Positions 22,115-34,548 of a DNA stretch of 64,000 nt are shown here, piece by piece (position 1 is the first letter of the stretch; each line of letters begins with the position of its first letter). The notes under the pieces are model-generated. The model was not told the origin of the DNA and ran no database searches. It saw only the letters and a list, made by a program, of their open reading frames with translations. Source of the stretch: Prasinococcaceae sp. CCMP 1430. Taxonomy: Eukaryota > Plantae > Prasinodermophyta. The translations under genes were made by a program, and so were the position numbers. Location: positions 101,209-165,208 of the forward strand of contig RQSC01001202.1 of assembly GCA_013416795.1 (NCBI GenBank), given 5' to 3'.

Positions 22115-23831
22115 CCGCGCGGCGAGCGCGCGTGCGAGCACGCGCACTTCGCCTCGGCGGCGGCCGTCGCAGGGGCCGGGGCGGACGGGGAACGCGGCGG
22201 ATGGGAGGCCCAGCTGTCCGAGGAGATTGCAGCCGCAGCGAGCGACGCGGAGGACGCCGTCGCCGATCGAGCGGAGGCGCTCGACCCCTGGGTGGCCACC
22301 GCGCTGCGCGTCGCCGCGTCGGCGTGGGACGAGTGCCGCGCGGAGCGCTCGCTCGGGCAGCAGAGGGTGCGTCGGCGCGGCGAGCGGGCGCGGGAGCGGC
22401 TGCGCGTGCGCGGGGTGGCCAGGCCCAGCGGGTGCAATGCGACGCGCACGCGCGCCCGCGCCTCAGTGCTCGCGCTGACATCCCCGGGACGGCCGCAAAA
22501 CACAACACACCGCCAGTTCGGCGGCATCGCCTCGGCGGCGCCCGCGCGCGACGAGGCGGAGCGGGCCATTCGCACGGCGGTGGAGAGGATGGCGGAGTGC
22601 GGCGGCACGCTTCCCGAGGGCGGCGTGTGGGCGCGCCTCTTCGTCGCCGCGCGTGGCGTTGTGGCCGGCGCGGCGCTCGCGAGCGGCGCGGACGACAGCG
22701 CGCTGCGCGCTGCAGCTCGTCGACGCGGCCCTCTCGCTGGGCGGCGCACGAGCGCGCGCGCACCCGGGTCAGGCGCGCACGCACGCGCTGGCGTGGGTGG
22801 GGGCGCTCGCGCGCGAGGCAGCCGAGGCGCAGCCGTTAGACTCTGGAGCCGCCGCGCTGCCACCCGTCAGCCCCGCGAACGCGCGCATCCCGGCCTCGCC
22901 TCCGTCCTCCGACGTCCCGCACATCCCGCCCGAGCGAGCAGTGCCACGCAAGAGCTGCGTGGGGCTGAGCGCCGCGCGCTTCGCGGACGCCCACGTGCGT
23001 GCGCGCGAGCCCGTCGTGCTCACCGACATGCTCTCCCCGTGGCTGGACGACGACCTCGCACGCGAGATGTCCGACCTTCGCTGGTGGTCTGACCCCGCCA
23101 CGTGCGGCAATTGCCTGGTGCCGGTGGAGATGGGCGTCTCCCTGCGCTACGGTGCCGCCGGTGGCGGCGCCAACGGCGCCGAGAGGATAATGCGCGTGGC
23201 GGAGCTTGCGCGATTCATGGCGCAGAGCAACGCCAGCAGCGCCAGCGACGCAGACGATGCGCCCGGGGGCGGCGCCGATGGCAACGGGGGCGCGCGCCCG
23301 CAGGACCAGAGGGATCAAGGGTCCAGCGGCGGCGAAGACGACGTGGAGGGAGGCCATGCGCGCGCCAAGGACGACCCTCCTGCAGGTCTGCAGGTTGCGT
23401 ACATGAGCCAGCACCGCCTGCTGCACCACGCACCCGCGCTGCGCGAGCGCTTCGAAGTGCCCCCGTATGCCCTTGGCCGAGTGGGCAGCATGAACGTGTG
23501 GCTGGGCACGCGTGGAACGGTGACACCGCTGCACACAGATGAGGCGCAGAACTTGCTGTCGCAGCTCGCTGGGGCCAAGTACGTGCGCCTCTACTCGCCG
23601 CGCGCGCGCGCGGCTATGTACCCCTTCCGCTCGGCAGGCAACGAGGCAGCAAACGAGTACTCGGAGGTGCGTTGCGAGTCACCCGACGCGAATCGTCACC
23701 CCCTCTTCCTGGCTGAGGAAGGCTTCAAAGAGGTCGTGCTGCTGCCGGGCGAGACGCTCTTCATACCGAAGGGGTGGTGGCACTATGTCCGCGCCCTCAC
23801 CACCGCGGCCAGCATGAATACCTGGTGGTGA
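22115..23831 (+). CDS. JmjC-domain 2OG/Fe oxygenase, JMJD5/KDM8/JMJ30-like (start in gap; apparent frameshift near 22715)
   Basis: EPVVLTD, LVPVEMG, YMSQHRLL, NVWLGTRGTVTPLHTD..NLLSQLAGAKYVRLYSP..LLPGETLFIPKGWWHYVRAL..SMNTWW; HxD..H facial triad. Confidence 0.88.
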
Positions 23832-24315
23832 ATCCCGCCTTTGTACCGCCCGCGTCGACGCCGCGCGTGCTGCGAAGCCTACAGGCGCGCTGCGCCGGTG
23901 CGCAACGCGCTCGTGCGCGTGTTGCCTGCGGTGGCCGCCGGCTGCGCGGCACGCAGCACTCCTGAAACCCCGTGACGCCCGTGGTTACAATATATATATT
24001 TTTATTTGTACTATATGAAGCACACGTGGCACATTTTGTGGGGTCGGAGTCGCGTCAGACGCCTCAATTCTTTTTGATGCACTGCAGCGGCGAAGGGGTC
24101 GGGGAACGGCGCGCGCCAGCTCGCCGCCGTGCGCGCGCAGGGGCGCGCCGCTGCCGCCGTCACCACACCGCGCGAACAGCGCGGGCGGGCGCCCGCAACG
24201 CCCTGCTCGCGACACCGACTGAGAGCGCTCGCAGACCCAGCCTAGCGTCCGAGGCCGCCGCGAACGAGAGGGCTGAGAAGGCGAAGGCGGCATTGTGCGC
24301 ATCCGCGCGGCGGCC

Positions 24316-25184
24316 ATGCGTACGCTCGCGTTGCTCGCGGCACTTGCCGCGTTCGCGGGGCCGCGCGGAGCCTGCGCCTACCCGTGGTACTGGAAGTCGT
24401 GTGCACACCCGCGTGCGGCTCAAGGGAGGCACGGATACCCAACCGCCATGGGTGGCGCAATCGTGCCGCCGCAGCGTGACGATGGCATCGCTGTGACGGT
24501 GTTGGGCGCGACAGCAATTGGCGCGCCGCTCGCCGCGGGCGGCCGCAACTACACGCTCTCCGTCGAGTACACACGCGCCGCGCACGGCATGCTCACAGCT
24601 TCGACGGGTGCGCTGAGCGATGCAACAGGTGCTGTAAGCTGTGGCAGCAAGCGCGCCGACCTGGCGACACGAGGCAGGATGCACGAGGTGGTGTGGACCT
24701 CGCCGCCTTTCGCACCCGTCAGTAGAGAGCTCAAGGTCGAGGTCACGCTCGGTGAGCAGCGCCTGGCTGCGAGCTCGAGCGCCAATGTGCGCTCTCGAGG
24801 CTGCTTGCTCTGTGTTCAGTCTCCGGGAATGAAATCCCTCTCTAGCAAGCCAGTGCGCCGCGCTGACTTCCAGTCCCGCTTCACCCAATGCAAGCAACTG
24901 GCATGTCGTCGCCGTTTGCACGCACCGTCGCTCGATTCGTGCTCGACGGGGACCATGCGCCACCGCCACCGCCATTCCCACCCTCCCAGCCGCCGCAGCC
25001 ACCTGCTCCAACTTTCGTGTCACTCGAATTACCGCCCAGCCGGCCAGAGAGAGGCGAGGACAGCAGCAGCAGCGGCAGCCGCGCAGGAGGTGCCAGCGGG
25101 GGCTCGTACTCGGCAGCTGTCATGGCGGCCGCCACAGCCGCAGCGGTCTCTGCCGCGCAAGCGCAGGCGCCTCGGTGGCTTTAG
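24316..25184 (+). CDS. Secreted/surface Reeler-like beta-sandwich protein with a Pro-rich stalk; exons 24316-24751, 24895-25184
   Basis: Signal peptide MRTLALLAALAAFA; YP..C.HP, YTLSV..LTASTGAL..C..R..VVWTSP..VEVT; phase-1 GTGAG..CAAG intron; Ala-rich C-terminus. Confidence 0.55.
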
Positions 25185-25450
25185 CAGGCCAGCCCAGTGC
25201 TTACTGGGATTTGATTTCACGCAAAGAGGCTCCCGTGGGTACAATTTGTACTATTTGTAATGTTATACCGTACTATTGTTGTTCGAAATCTCGTCAGCGG
25301 AGCTCGCGTCCGAAGCTTGCCGCGGGCCACATCGCGGGCGCTCGCACGCACAGCCAGGCGCACGCGTGGCGCTGCACCAGGTGGTGGAGAGGGCGGGGGG
25401 CAACGAAGACCTCTCGCCCCCTTCGTCCTCCGCCCGCGCTTCTGCGCTCG

Positions 25451-26875
25451 ATGCCATCGATCGCGCTTCGCAGCACTCCAGGCGAGGCGCTCGCCCGTCT
25501 GCGAGAGTGCTCGCCGGCGACGCCTGAGTCGCCGCCTGCTCCGCCGCTGCGCTTGGATGCATCAGCGGCCACCGGTGTGTCTGTGGGGAAGGGATCGGCA
25601 CCGCCGGCGCGCGCGCGTGCACGATCGCCTTCGCATCAGGCCGATGCTCTAGCCACCGCACGGGTTGGCACGCCGCAGGGCACGCCGCAGCGAATCGGAC
25701 GCGCTGCGGCCGCTGCGCTCCGGCAAACCCCTCCCAGGCACTCACCTGCGCCTCCTGCGACGGCCCCTCTCACCGCAGAGGTGTCAGAACCACGTCCGAG
25801 CAGCGCATGGCGCGGTCCGCCGCGAGCGCCCGTGAGACCGCACGCCAGCGCCGAAGCTGGCGCAGGAGGCGCCGCCCGCGGCAGTAGCGTGCGCGGCGAT
25901 TGCGCGAGCGCGAAGCAGCCGCGTGACACCCAAGGTGCCAGCAGCGACAGCAATGGCATTCTGGGCCTAGTGCGCGGGTGTGGCATCGACGCCGTCGGAC
26001 GTGAGGACCCGATTCTGAGCCGGGATGAGGCGCACACCTCCGCTCACGCGGGGAAGCGGGCGCTCCTTGCGTCCCCCGAGTCGCCGGCGGCGTCAAAGGC
26101 GCTCGCCGAGCAGCTGGTGCGGGAGCGCGCCGCCACACGCCGCCGCGCGGCGGCGCCTGGCGGAGGCGACGTGCTGCCTCGGCGAGCGCGAGGCCGCTCC
26201 TCGCCCGCCTCCCACGCCGACGTCGACGAGAGCGATGAAGGGGGCTCGCGCGCAGGCTCGACAGATGGGGGCACCGCGGAGGCCGTGTCGGATCTCGCCT
26301 CGGCACTAGCCAGCGCAAGCGGCATGAGCATCGGTGGCGAAGGAGGGAGCGCGACCCCAAGCGCGGTCGAGCTGCGGCGCGCACTGCTCCGCTCGGCGCA
26401 GCTCGCCGCGGGCGCTGTCGGTGGCTGCGATAGCGGCCTGCACTCCATCGCCGTAAACGAGGCGCTCGTGCATGAGCTCGCCACAGGGGGCAAGATGGAG
26501 GGGCAGATGAAAATGCCGGCTCTGAGCCGAGCGCACGGATCGTCGAGGTCGCGCCCTGTGAGCGCGTTCTCTCGCCCCCGTGCGGCTGCGTCTGCAGCCG
26601 CGGCCGTCGGCGGTGCTGCTTCCCGCCTCGACCCTTCGCGACCGACGGTGACCTCAGCCATTAATGCTGCACTCGGCAAGATATCGAGGGCCAAGGCCAG
26701 AGCAAAGGCCAGCGTGTACGGGGGAATCGCAACCACTAGGAAACACACAGAGCGCGTTAAACATGCCAACCTATGTGCGCGCGAGCGAACGGGCTCGCTT
26801 GAGCCCACGACAGCCGAGATCGCCGAGGCGCTCGCGCGGCGCGCGGTCGAAGTTGAAGCGCGCGCAGCGAAGTGA
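25451..26875 (+). CDS. Hypothetical low-complexity (Ser/Pro/Ala/Arg) protein
   Basis: Long open frame with a more ordered C-terminus (ISRAKARAKASVYGG..EIAEALARRAVEVEARAAK); no family recognised. Confidence 0.45.
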   Translation: MPSIALRSTPGEALARLRECSPATPESPPAPPLRLDASAATGVSVGKGSAPPARARARSPSHQADALATARVGTPQGTPQRIGRAAAAALRQTPPRHSPAPPATAPLTAEVSEPRPSSAWRGPPRAPVRPHASAEAGAGGAARGSSVRGDCASAKQPRDTQGASSDSNGILGLVRGCGIDAVGREDPILSRDEAHTSAHAGKRALLASPESPAASKALAEQLVRERAATRRRAAAPGGGDVLPRRARGRSSPASHADVDESDEGGSRAGSTDGGTAEAVSDLASALASASGMSIGGEGGSATPSAVELRRALLRSAQLAAGAVGGCDSGLHSIAVNEALVHELATGGKMEGQMKMPALSRAHGSSRSRPVSAFSRPRAAASAAAAVGGAASRLDPSRPTVTSAINAALGKISRAKARAKASVYGGIATTRKHTERVKHANLCARERTGSLEPTTAEIAEALARRAVEVEARAAK

Positions 26876-27246
26876 ACCGCGCGCACACGCGTGACATGGC
26901 CGCGCGTTGTTGATGACGAGGACGACGAGGCGCTGGGCGCGATGCCCGAATATCCTGCACCCGTGCGGGACACCGCGACGCGTGATGACGGGCGACGGGC
27001 AGGGTGCCAATTTGCGTGGCAACAAGCCTGGCAGTGACACGCAAGCACGGCGGAGACTGCCAACGGCGCGGCACCTCTCGTTGCACTCGGAGGTGTCGAT
27101 GGCGTAGCTCGCGGAGGAGCGTGGCTCTCAGCTGCCTGGAGACAAAAGAATGATGACGGTCGCGCAGAGTGCACTCGGGCAGTAATATTATCGTTGATTG
27201 CCGCCAGCACTGCCCTGGCGCCCGCGCACGTGGGCGCGCGAGCTCG

Positions 27247-28848
27247 CTACCACACGCCCGGCAGGATGCGGTATGGCACTACCGCCACGTACTCCTCCCA
27301 CTTGTCTCCGTACTTGGCAGCACAGAGTCTGTCGTCGTCCATTTGTCTCGGTACGAACAGACCGACGTAATAAAGCTGCGCGCGTGCGCACCGCGCGTCC
27401 GTCAGCGCTCGAGCCAGCGCCTGCTCAAGCACGCGCGCCTCTCGCGCTATCAACGTGTGCGCGCAGGCGCGTGCCGGCCTGGCATAGGCTCGCCCGCAAG
27501 CGGTCTCACCGGATAGAGCCACGCGAGCACCACCGCCCACGGGGGCGCACCAACGAAGCTGGCCGGGAGGGCAAGCGCGATCGCTTGAATTATTTCGCCG
27601 CAGTAGTTGACATGCCTCGCCAGTCCCCACCAACCCGAGCAGAGTATGCGCGTCCCGGGCACCGTCTCGTTGCGCACGAGCCCGCAGAGAAAGGTGGGCT
27701 CACCCCACATCTTATAGCAGAAATTCTGCATGTTTGCTCCCCTCGTGAGGACCCAGCCAGACACAAACACGAGCACGGTGATTGCTGACGCCCACGCGGG
27801 CATCTCGGTGGTCGCGCGCGCGACAGCGTGCATGCCCACGCCTTCAGTGCGAGACGAATGCGCTGTCAGCGCCTGTAACGGCTCAGCGCGCGTGCGTAGG
27901 AGAGAGTGGGAACGCGCGCGCGCACACGCACACGCACACGCACACGCACACGCACACGCACGGGATGGGAAATGGGCACGGGATTGCGCTCGTGCCGCAC
28001 GCGGATGCTGCTGACGCACAGTAGAAGCACGTGTAGAACGCGCAGCAGCCCCAGGTCAGCTTGAAGCCCACCCTCTCCGCAAAGATGTCGTAGGTCCAAA
28101 GGTGGACGATCTCGCCGCACATGTATTCGAGCAAAAACCAGCCCATCAGCGCGCCGTAGGTGGCGGACGCGACGCTCACGCCGCCACTGGGTCCGCCTGT
28201 GGGAGCTAGCTGCGCTTGCATCGCCACGAAGCTCAACACGTTCCAGGCGAGCATGCATGCCCCCACCAGGTAGAGCGCCATCTTGGCGTCGGCGCGCCCC
28301 ACGCAGAGCGTCACGTTCCACGCGTGGCCCAGGTAGAAGCGCTGCAGGGCGGTGGCGGGCGGCGGGCCATCGTTGCGAGCGGCGAGCGCCTTGTCCACGC
28401 GCCACGTAGGCGCGCTCGCTGCCGCGCCCTCGCCGTGCTCAGCGCGCGTGAGCTGGTCGACGGTGAGGCACCGCACGCCGTCCTCAACCTCGTTCGTCGC
28501 GAGCACATAGGCCGTGGCGACGATCCCGATGACGTTGCACCAGAGGACCGTCCAGCCAAAGTGCCTGGCACTGAGTGCACCATCGAAGCCCGCGAAGTCC
28601 TCGAGCACCAGCCACACGCCGACGGTGAGCAGGAGGCAGATGGGCCCATTCAGGCGGTACCGCAGGGGCGCAGCGCCGCCCCTGTCGTCGGTCGTACGCG
28701 CGGCGTACCCCTGCACCTCAATGGCCGGCAGCAAGGCGTGCGCGCCCAGCGCGCCCGCAAATACTCCAAGCGTGATGATGAGCGCGCTCGCACACGCGGC
28801 GCCCGCGGTGCATCCGCCGCCCGACAGGCAGTCGCCCACTCCACCCAT
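27247..28848 (-). CDS. ERG4/ERG24-family sterol reductase; exons 28848-28020, 27841-27510, 27375-27247
   Basis: YRLNG, FYLG, TYDIFAERVGFKLTWG, GANMQ, LCSGWWGLARHVNYCGEI, RQMDDDRLCAAKYGDKWEEYVAVVPYRILPG. Confidence 0.88.
27921..27961. repeat. (CACACG)n intronic microsatellite
   Basis: About 6-7 hexamer copies inside intron 28019-27842. Confidence 0.85.
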
Positions 28849-29355
28849 GGCGATGTTGGCAAGCGGGCGGCCGCGGGTGAGCGGGTGCACCGCCCGCGCC
28901 CACAGACGCGCCCGCGCCGCGCCGCGCAGGCGGGCGCCCCGGGCAGAGCTCGCGTCTGCCGCGCGACCCCGCGCCACGTTGCGCCGCGCCGGGCCCTCTG
29001 GACCCTGTCTAGATGCTAGCCTCTGGCATGGGCAGCGTCGCGTACCGTGCCTCGCCTGCGCCCCGCCCACAGGCGGCTCGGGGAACGCTGAGAAGGCGGT
29101 CGCGGAATCGAATGGGGGGTGGGAGAGCAGGACGGGTGCGCGCACATCTGCTACAGCACTGTCTTGCACACAAGTGCGACGCCGCGTGCGGGTGCGCTGT
29201 GCGCACACGCACACACACACGCGCATGAGCCGCACAGATCGCTGCGCGTGGCAACGCGCCGCAGGAGGGTGTCGACTCGTGCGTTGCATGCACAGTGCGC
29301 GTGTGCGCCATTACACGCGCGTGGGCGCACGGCAGGCGATGCCCGGCGGGCGCCG

Positions 29356-30024
29356 TCAGTTCCCGTCGCCCTTGTCTACCGTGACGAGCTCGTACTGCAC
29401 GGCGGACATGTTGTTGTCCTCATTGACCTCGATGGATGCCGCGTCCGTCGCGGCCTCTACCACGCCCCACTTGTCCACGCCCAGGCGCATCGAGCCCTTA
29501 AACATATCGATCTGCAGAAATTGCGGCGGCGGCGGAGGGCGCGGCAGTCAGACGGGCTTGCGCAGGCGCGCGCGACCGGCCGCGGCACGCGCGCGCAGTC
29601 CGAACGAGCCACTCACCTTCGCGTTGCGCAGCTCGAGCACAGCGCCCTCCTTGAGCGCGTCCACCTGCTTGCCCCTCGCAGTGAACACGATGACCCCCGT
29701 GTCGTCGCCCACGACGCTCTCCGCGATGAGCAGGTTGGAGCCGTCTCCGCGCGGCCTATCGACGACCGTCTTGTGCGCGAGCACCTTCACGGTCACGTGG
29801 TGTCCGCTGGTGCCGGGCCGCAGCTCGCCCACCTTGATGGGCACCGCAGGCCGCGGCGCGGGCCGCTCCTTGCGCTCCTTGCGCTCGCGTTTGCGCTCGC
29901 CCTCCTTCGCCTCGGCACCGTCCGAGCCCGAGTCCTTCTCGCCGTTGTACGGATCATCTGCCACCGCGTCGGCGGCGACCGCGCTGGCGTCCTCTGCCGC
30001 GCGCACCTCTTCGTCGGAGGACAT
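29356..30024 (-). CDS. OB-fold nucleic-acid-binding protein (At4g28440-like); exons 30024-29617, 29511-29356
   Basis: KVGELRPGTSGHHVTVKV..AESVVGDDTGVIVFTARGKQVD..LRNAK|IDMFKGSMRLGVDKWG..VNEDNNMSAVQYELV. Confidence 0.88.
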
Positions 30025-31548
30025 GGCCGCTGCCGGAGGGGCGAGTGGGGAGGCGGCGACCGCGAGTCAGCGCGCGCGATCGCACGTCGGGACACTGGCG
30101 CGCGGTCTGCACGCGGCGGCAAAGGCGCGGTCCCTGCTGCAAGGTGACTAGGCTGCGCGTAGATCGGGGCGAGCGGCCGGCCCGCGCGCCGCGACGGGGG
30201 CGGGGAACCTGGGCGGGGCGATCGGCGGCGCCGCGATCGGCGGCGCCGCGATCGCTCCCCGGCACGCTCAACCCGCTCCCCTCCCCTCTCCCCCTCCGCC
30301 GGCATCACGCGCATGCACACACATCAATTCGCGCGAGAGGCACTGGTGCGCGCTCGCTGAAGTCCTCGCCCACCCTAGGCCACCCACCGCAGCGCGCAGC
30401 GCCTGCCGCCGTGCCATACAATCGCGCGCACATGCCCTGGCGCACCTCCCGCATCCGCAGCAACAGCCGCCCACGCGCCGCAACAGCCGCGCTGCGCCGG
30501 CGCAGCAGAGTGCGGCCTAGCGCGGGGCGGAGCTGGCCTGGCGCCCTCTCCGCCCCACCCCTTCCCCACACATGCTTCCCCCTCATCCGCCCACGCCGTC
30601 TGCTGCCGCGGCTCGCTCCGCTCGCCCCGTCAACACCCGGTGGGCGCGTCGCGCCGCGCGCATCGCCGCGCCGGCGCTGGCGCCGGNNNNNNNNNNNNNN
30701 NNNNNNNNNNNNNNNNNNNNNNNNNNNNNNNNNNNNNNNNNNNNNNNNNNNNNNNNNNNNNNNNNNNNNNNNNNNNNNNNNNNNNNNNNNNNNNNNNNNN
30801 NNNNNNNNNNNNNNNNNNNNNNNNNNNNNNNNNNNNNNNNNNNNNNNNNNNNNNNNNNNNNNNNNNNNNNNNNNNNNNNNNNNNNNNNNNNNNNNNNNNN
30901 NNNNNNNNNNNNNNNNNNNNNNNNNNNNNNNNNNNNNNNNNNNNNNNNNNNNNNNNNNNNNNNNNNNNNNNNNNNNNNNNNNNNNNNNNNNNNNNNNNNN
31001 NNNNNNNNNNNNNNNNNNNNNNNNNNNNNNNNNNNNNNNNNNNNNNNNNNNNNNNNNNNNNNNNNNNNNNNNNNNNNNNNNNNNNNNNNNNNNNNNNNNN
31101 NNNNNNNNNNNNNNNNNNNNNNNNNNNNNNNNNNNNNNNNNNNNNNNNNNNNNNNNNNNNNNNNNNNNNNNNNNNNNNNNNNNNNNNNNNNNNNNNNNNN
31201 NNNNNNNNNNNNNNNNNNNNNNNNNNNNNNNNNNNNNNNNNNNNNNNNNNNNNNNNNNNNNNNNNNNNNNNNNNNNNNNNNNNNNNNNNNNNNNNNNNNN
31301 NNNNNNNNNNNNNNNNNNGGCGCTGCGCTCGGCGGCAGGCGCTCGCGGCGCCACTCGAGGCGCCCGAGGCGCCCAGCGAGCAGCCGGGGAGCAGGCGGCG
31401 CGTGAGCGTGGGCGTGAGCGTGGGCGTGAGCGCGAGCGTGCGCACGCGCCTTGGGTCGCGCCGAGGGGGAGGGTGGGGGTGGGGGTTGGGGGGCGCCGCA
31501 CGCGGGCGCGCAGCGGCGGCGGGGGCGGCGTTCTCCGCGCCGGGCGCG

Positions 31549-33230
31549 ATGGAGGCCGCCATCCAACGAGAGCTCGCGGCGGCAGACCAGCAGGGCGCCG
31601 AATGCGAGTACATGAACCTCGACTCGCGCTTCGTCCAGGCGCGCGTGGAGGGCCTCGACGGGCTTACCGGCCTGCAGGAGCTCTCGCTCGCCAACTGCGG
31701 CCTGCAGTCGCTCGAAGGCTTCCCAGCGCTCAGCCAGCTCACCAAGGTCACGCTCTCGGACAACAAGGTGAGGCAGTCGCGGCCGTGGGCGCCCGCGCGC
31801 GGCCGTGGGCGGGGTTGAGGAGGCGAGAAGGCCTGCCCAGCGCGCCAGTGCGCCGCGGCCCCGCCCCGGATTGCTTCGATCGCGCAGCTGCGCCCGGCGC
31901 CGCCCATGCCTGGCGCGCGGACGCGATGGAATGCCTCCTGCGGCGCGATCGGCCGCGCGTGCGGACGCGCGCGCTGCGCCTCGCGATGCAAGCTCGGCCG
32001 CGGGTCGACCGCCGTCAACTCGCCACCTGACGCATCGCACCTCGCTATGCCCCGCCCTCCCATACTCCCCCTCGTGTAGATCACCGGCGGGCTCGAGCCA
32101 CTCGCCGAGTGCAAAGCACTCATGCAGCTTGACCTCAGCGGCAACAGGATCGCGAGCATCGACGACCTCAAGCCGCTGGTACGCAAAGCCTTGCGCGCGC
32201 GCGCGTCGCATGCGTTTGAGCGCGGTCGAGCACGACTCGGTCGCTCTCACCCAGGGGCCGCCGCGCGCGTGTGCGCCCGCTGGCCGGGGGGCACGCACGC
32301 CTGGGCGACCGCAGCGCGCGTACGCCCAGGGCGCAGCGGCGCCGCAGGGGTGCAACCCTAAATGCGGGTTGTACCCCAACCCGCCCCAGTGTGCTGGACG
32401 GCCGCGCGCGAGGCTGCCCAAGAGGCTCAGCTGCGCGAGGCGCCTGCCCTTCCGTCCGCAGAACGTGCTGTGGCTGACGCTGGCGTTGAACGATGCCCCC
32501 TTTTCCGCGCCTCATCCGCCCACCCACCCATCCCCACCCGCGCTCCTCGGCAGGCATCGCTCCAGCTCAAGTCGCTCGACCTCGAGGAGTGCCCCGTGGC
32601 ATCCGGGGCGACATATCGGGAGGATGTGTACGCGCTGCTGCCCGGGCTGATGTTCCTCGACCGCAAGGACCGCGAGGGTGTCGAGGTTGAAGACGATGAG
32701 TCTGATGAAGAGGACGATGAGGAGGATGTCGAAGAGGACGAGGACGACGAGGACGGCTTCATGGAGGGTGATGACGACGACGACGAGGAGGATGAGGACG
32801 ACGAGGAGGAGGTTGAGGAGCCATACGAGGAGGAGGGCGGGCCTGAGGGCGACAGCCAGGAGGAGGACGAAGAGGAGGAGGAGGAGGAGGACGACGACGA
32901 TGAGGTGCGATCGAGCGCGCGCGCGCGCGGCAGCTGCGCGCACGATTCGCGCACATGCGGGCGCCCGTCAGTCAGGCTTGTGCGCGGCGCCCCCGCGTGC
33001 GTGGCAACGCGCTGACTTGTGCGTCCCGCGCAAAGGACGACGAGGAGGAGCCTGGCACTGCTGGCTTCCTCGGCGACTATGATGACGACGACGAGGACGA
33101 GGGCTTTGATCCCGCTGCCGCGCCTGGGGAGGACGACGAGGACGACGACGAGGACGACGACGATGGCAGCGGCGGCGGTGACGACGACGACGACGACGAA
33201 CCCGCCGCCAAGCGCCAGAAGGACTCGTGA
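31549..33230 (+). CDS. ANP32: ANP32-like LRR protein with an acidic tail; exons 31549-31767, 32080-32178, 32554-32904, 33036-33230
   Basis: LRRs (LQELSLANCGLQSLEGFPAL, LDLSGNRIASIDDLKPL), LRRcap YREDVYALLPGLMFLD, long D/E tail, terminal NLS PAAKRQK. Confidence 0.88.
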
Positions 33231-34548
33231 GTGCTCGCGGCCGTGCCTGCCCGCGCCGCGGCTGCTTTAGTGTGGGAGCCGCGGCGGAGCAGGCAGCGCG
33301 TGTGGCACAGGTCCGATCGCGCCAGATGCACACTGCGCGCGCTCGCGCGCGTTGGCAATACTATCAGTGATGCGTACGTTGCGGTCCTCCACAGGGCGGC
33401 GGCGCGAGGCCGCGCCTGCGCTGTGCGTACGTTGCAGCTCTCCTCCCATCGCCCCTCTCTCGCGCGCGCTCGATCGACTACAGCCGCCCCCGCACCGCCC
33501 TCCCCCCCGCCTGCCCCTCTCCGCCCGTCCTCGCACCTGCCGGCGTCCGCGCCCCTCTCCCCCCTCTGGCGCGTGCCGGCGCGCCCACTCGCATCGGACG
33601 GCCGCGACGGCGTCCGCTGCGTCTTTGCCCCCTCGTGTGCTTCGCCCCGCGCCGAGCGGCCGAGTGGGAACGGCCGACACGCGCGCCACTGCCAACTCCG
33701 CACCCAACGCCAACGCGGAGGGGCGCTCGCTCTGTCGCGTCTTTTCCCCCGTTCGCGTTCGCGTTCGCCTGCGCGCGCTGGTTTGTTTGCATTCGAATTC
33801 GCGAATGCATACGCGTTTGCGTGTGCGCGCGCTCGTCCTCGGCCGCCGCGCGCGCTGGGCTGGGTCGCCGCCCCCATTCCGCTACAGTGTCGGCCGGCTC
33901 CCCTCCGGCGAGGGGACCCGTCGGTCGCGGCGCGTGTGCCCTGGTTGGTGGGTCGGGGCCTCTATACCGTACACGCACCATCCCTGGGTCGGGTTGGGCC
34001 TGCCCCCCCCGCCTTTCTTTCCCTTTTCCGCGCGGCCGCGTGCCGGGGGTTCTCCCATGTTTGCAGGGGGCGTCACTCCCACGGCCAGGCGCGGCACGCC
34101 TGCGCGGTGATGGGGGCGGGCGGGGCGCGCGGACAGGCCGGCAAGGGCGAGCGCGCATCGGACGCCGCGCGCAGGAGCGGGAGCGGGAGCAGGAGCGGGG
34201 CGGGGCAAGACGGGGTGGGGCAAGACGGGGGGCACGCGCGCCACAGGGTGCGCGTGCGAACCGATTCAGGCGCTACGAAGGGGACGGGGAGGACCTCGGC
34301 GGGCGGAGTTGCCGGGCCGGCGCGCGAGCGAGAAGGGGGAGGCGGGCACGGGGGGGTTGGCCACGCGGCGGGGCGGCGAGCGCGGCGTTCTCGCTCGAAA
34401 GCGCGCACGAACGCGCCAGGGTGTCGGCGCGCCAGTCGGACGAGCGTGCGCGGCCGCTCCGGCGTCCCGCGAGCGAGCGCGGTCTCGACGCACTTCCAGA
34501 CAGCGTGCGGGGGAAGGGAAACACGAGGGCGGGGGCGGCACGCGATCG

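Noticed and set aside
30045-32421. Long ORFs spanning N-runs (also 5595-7145 and 21578-22863)
   Set aside because: Their length comes from X codons in assembly gaps
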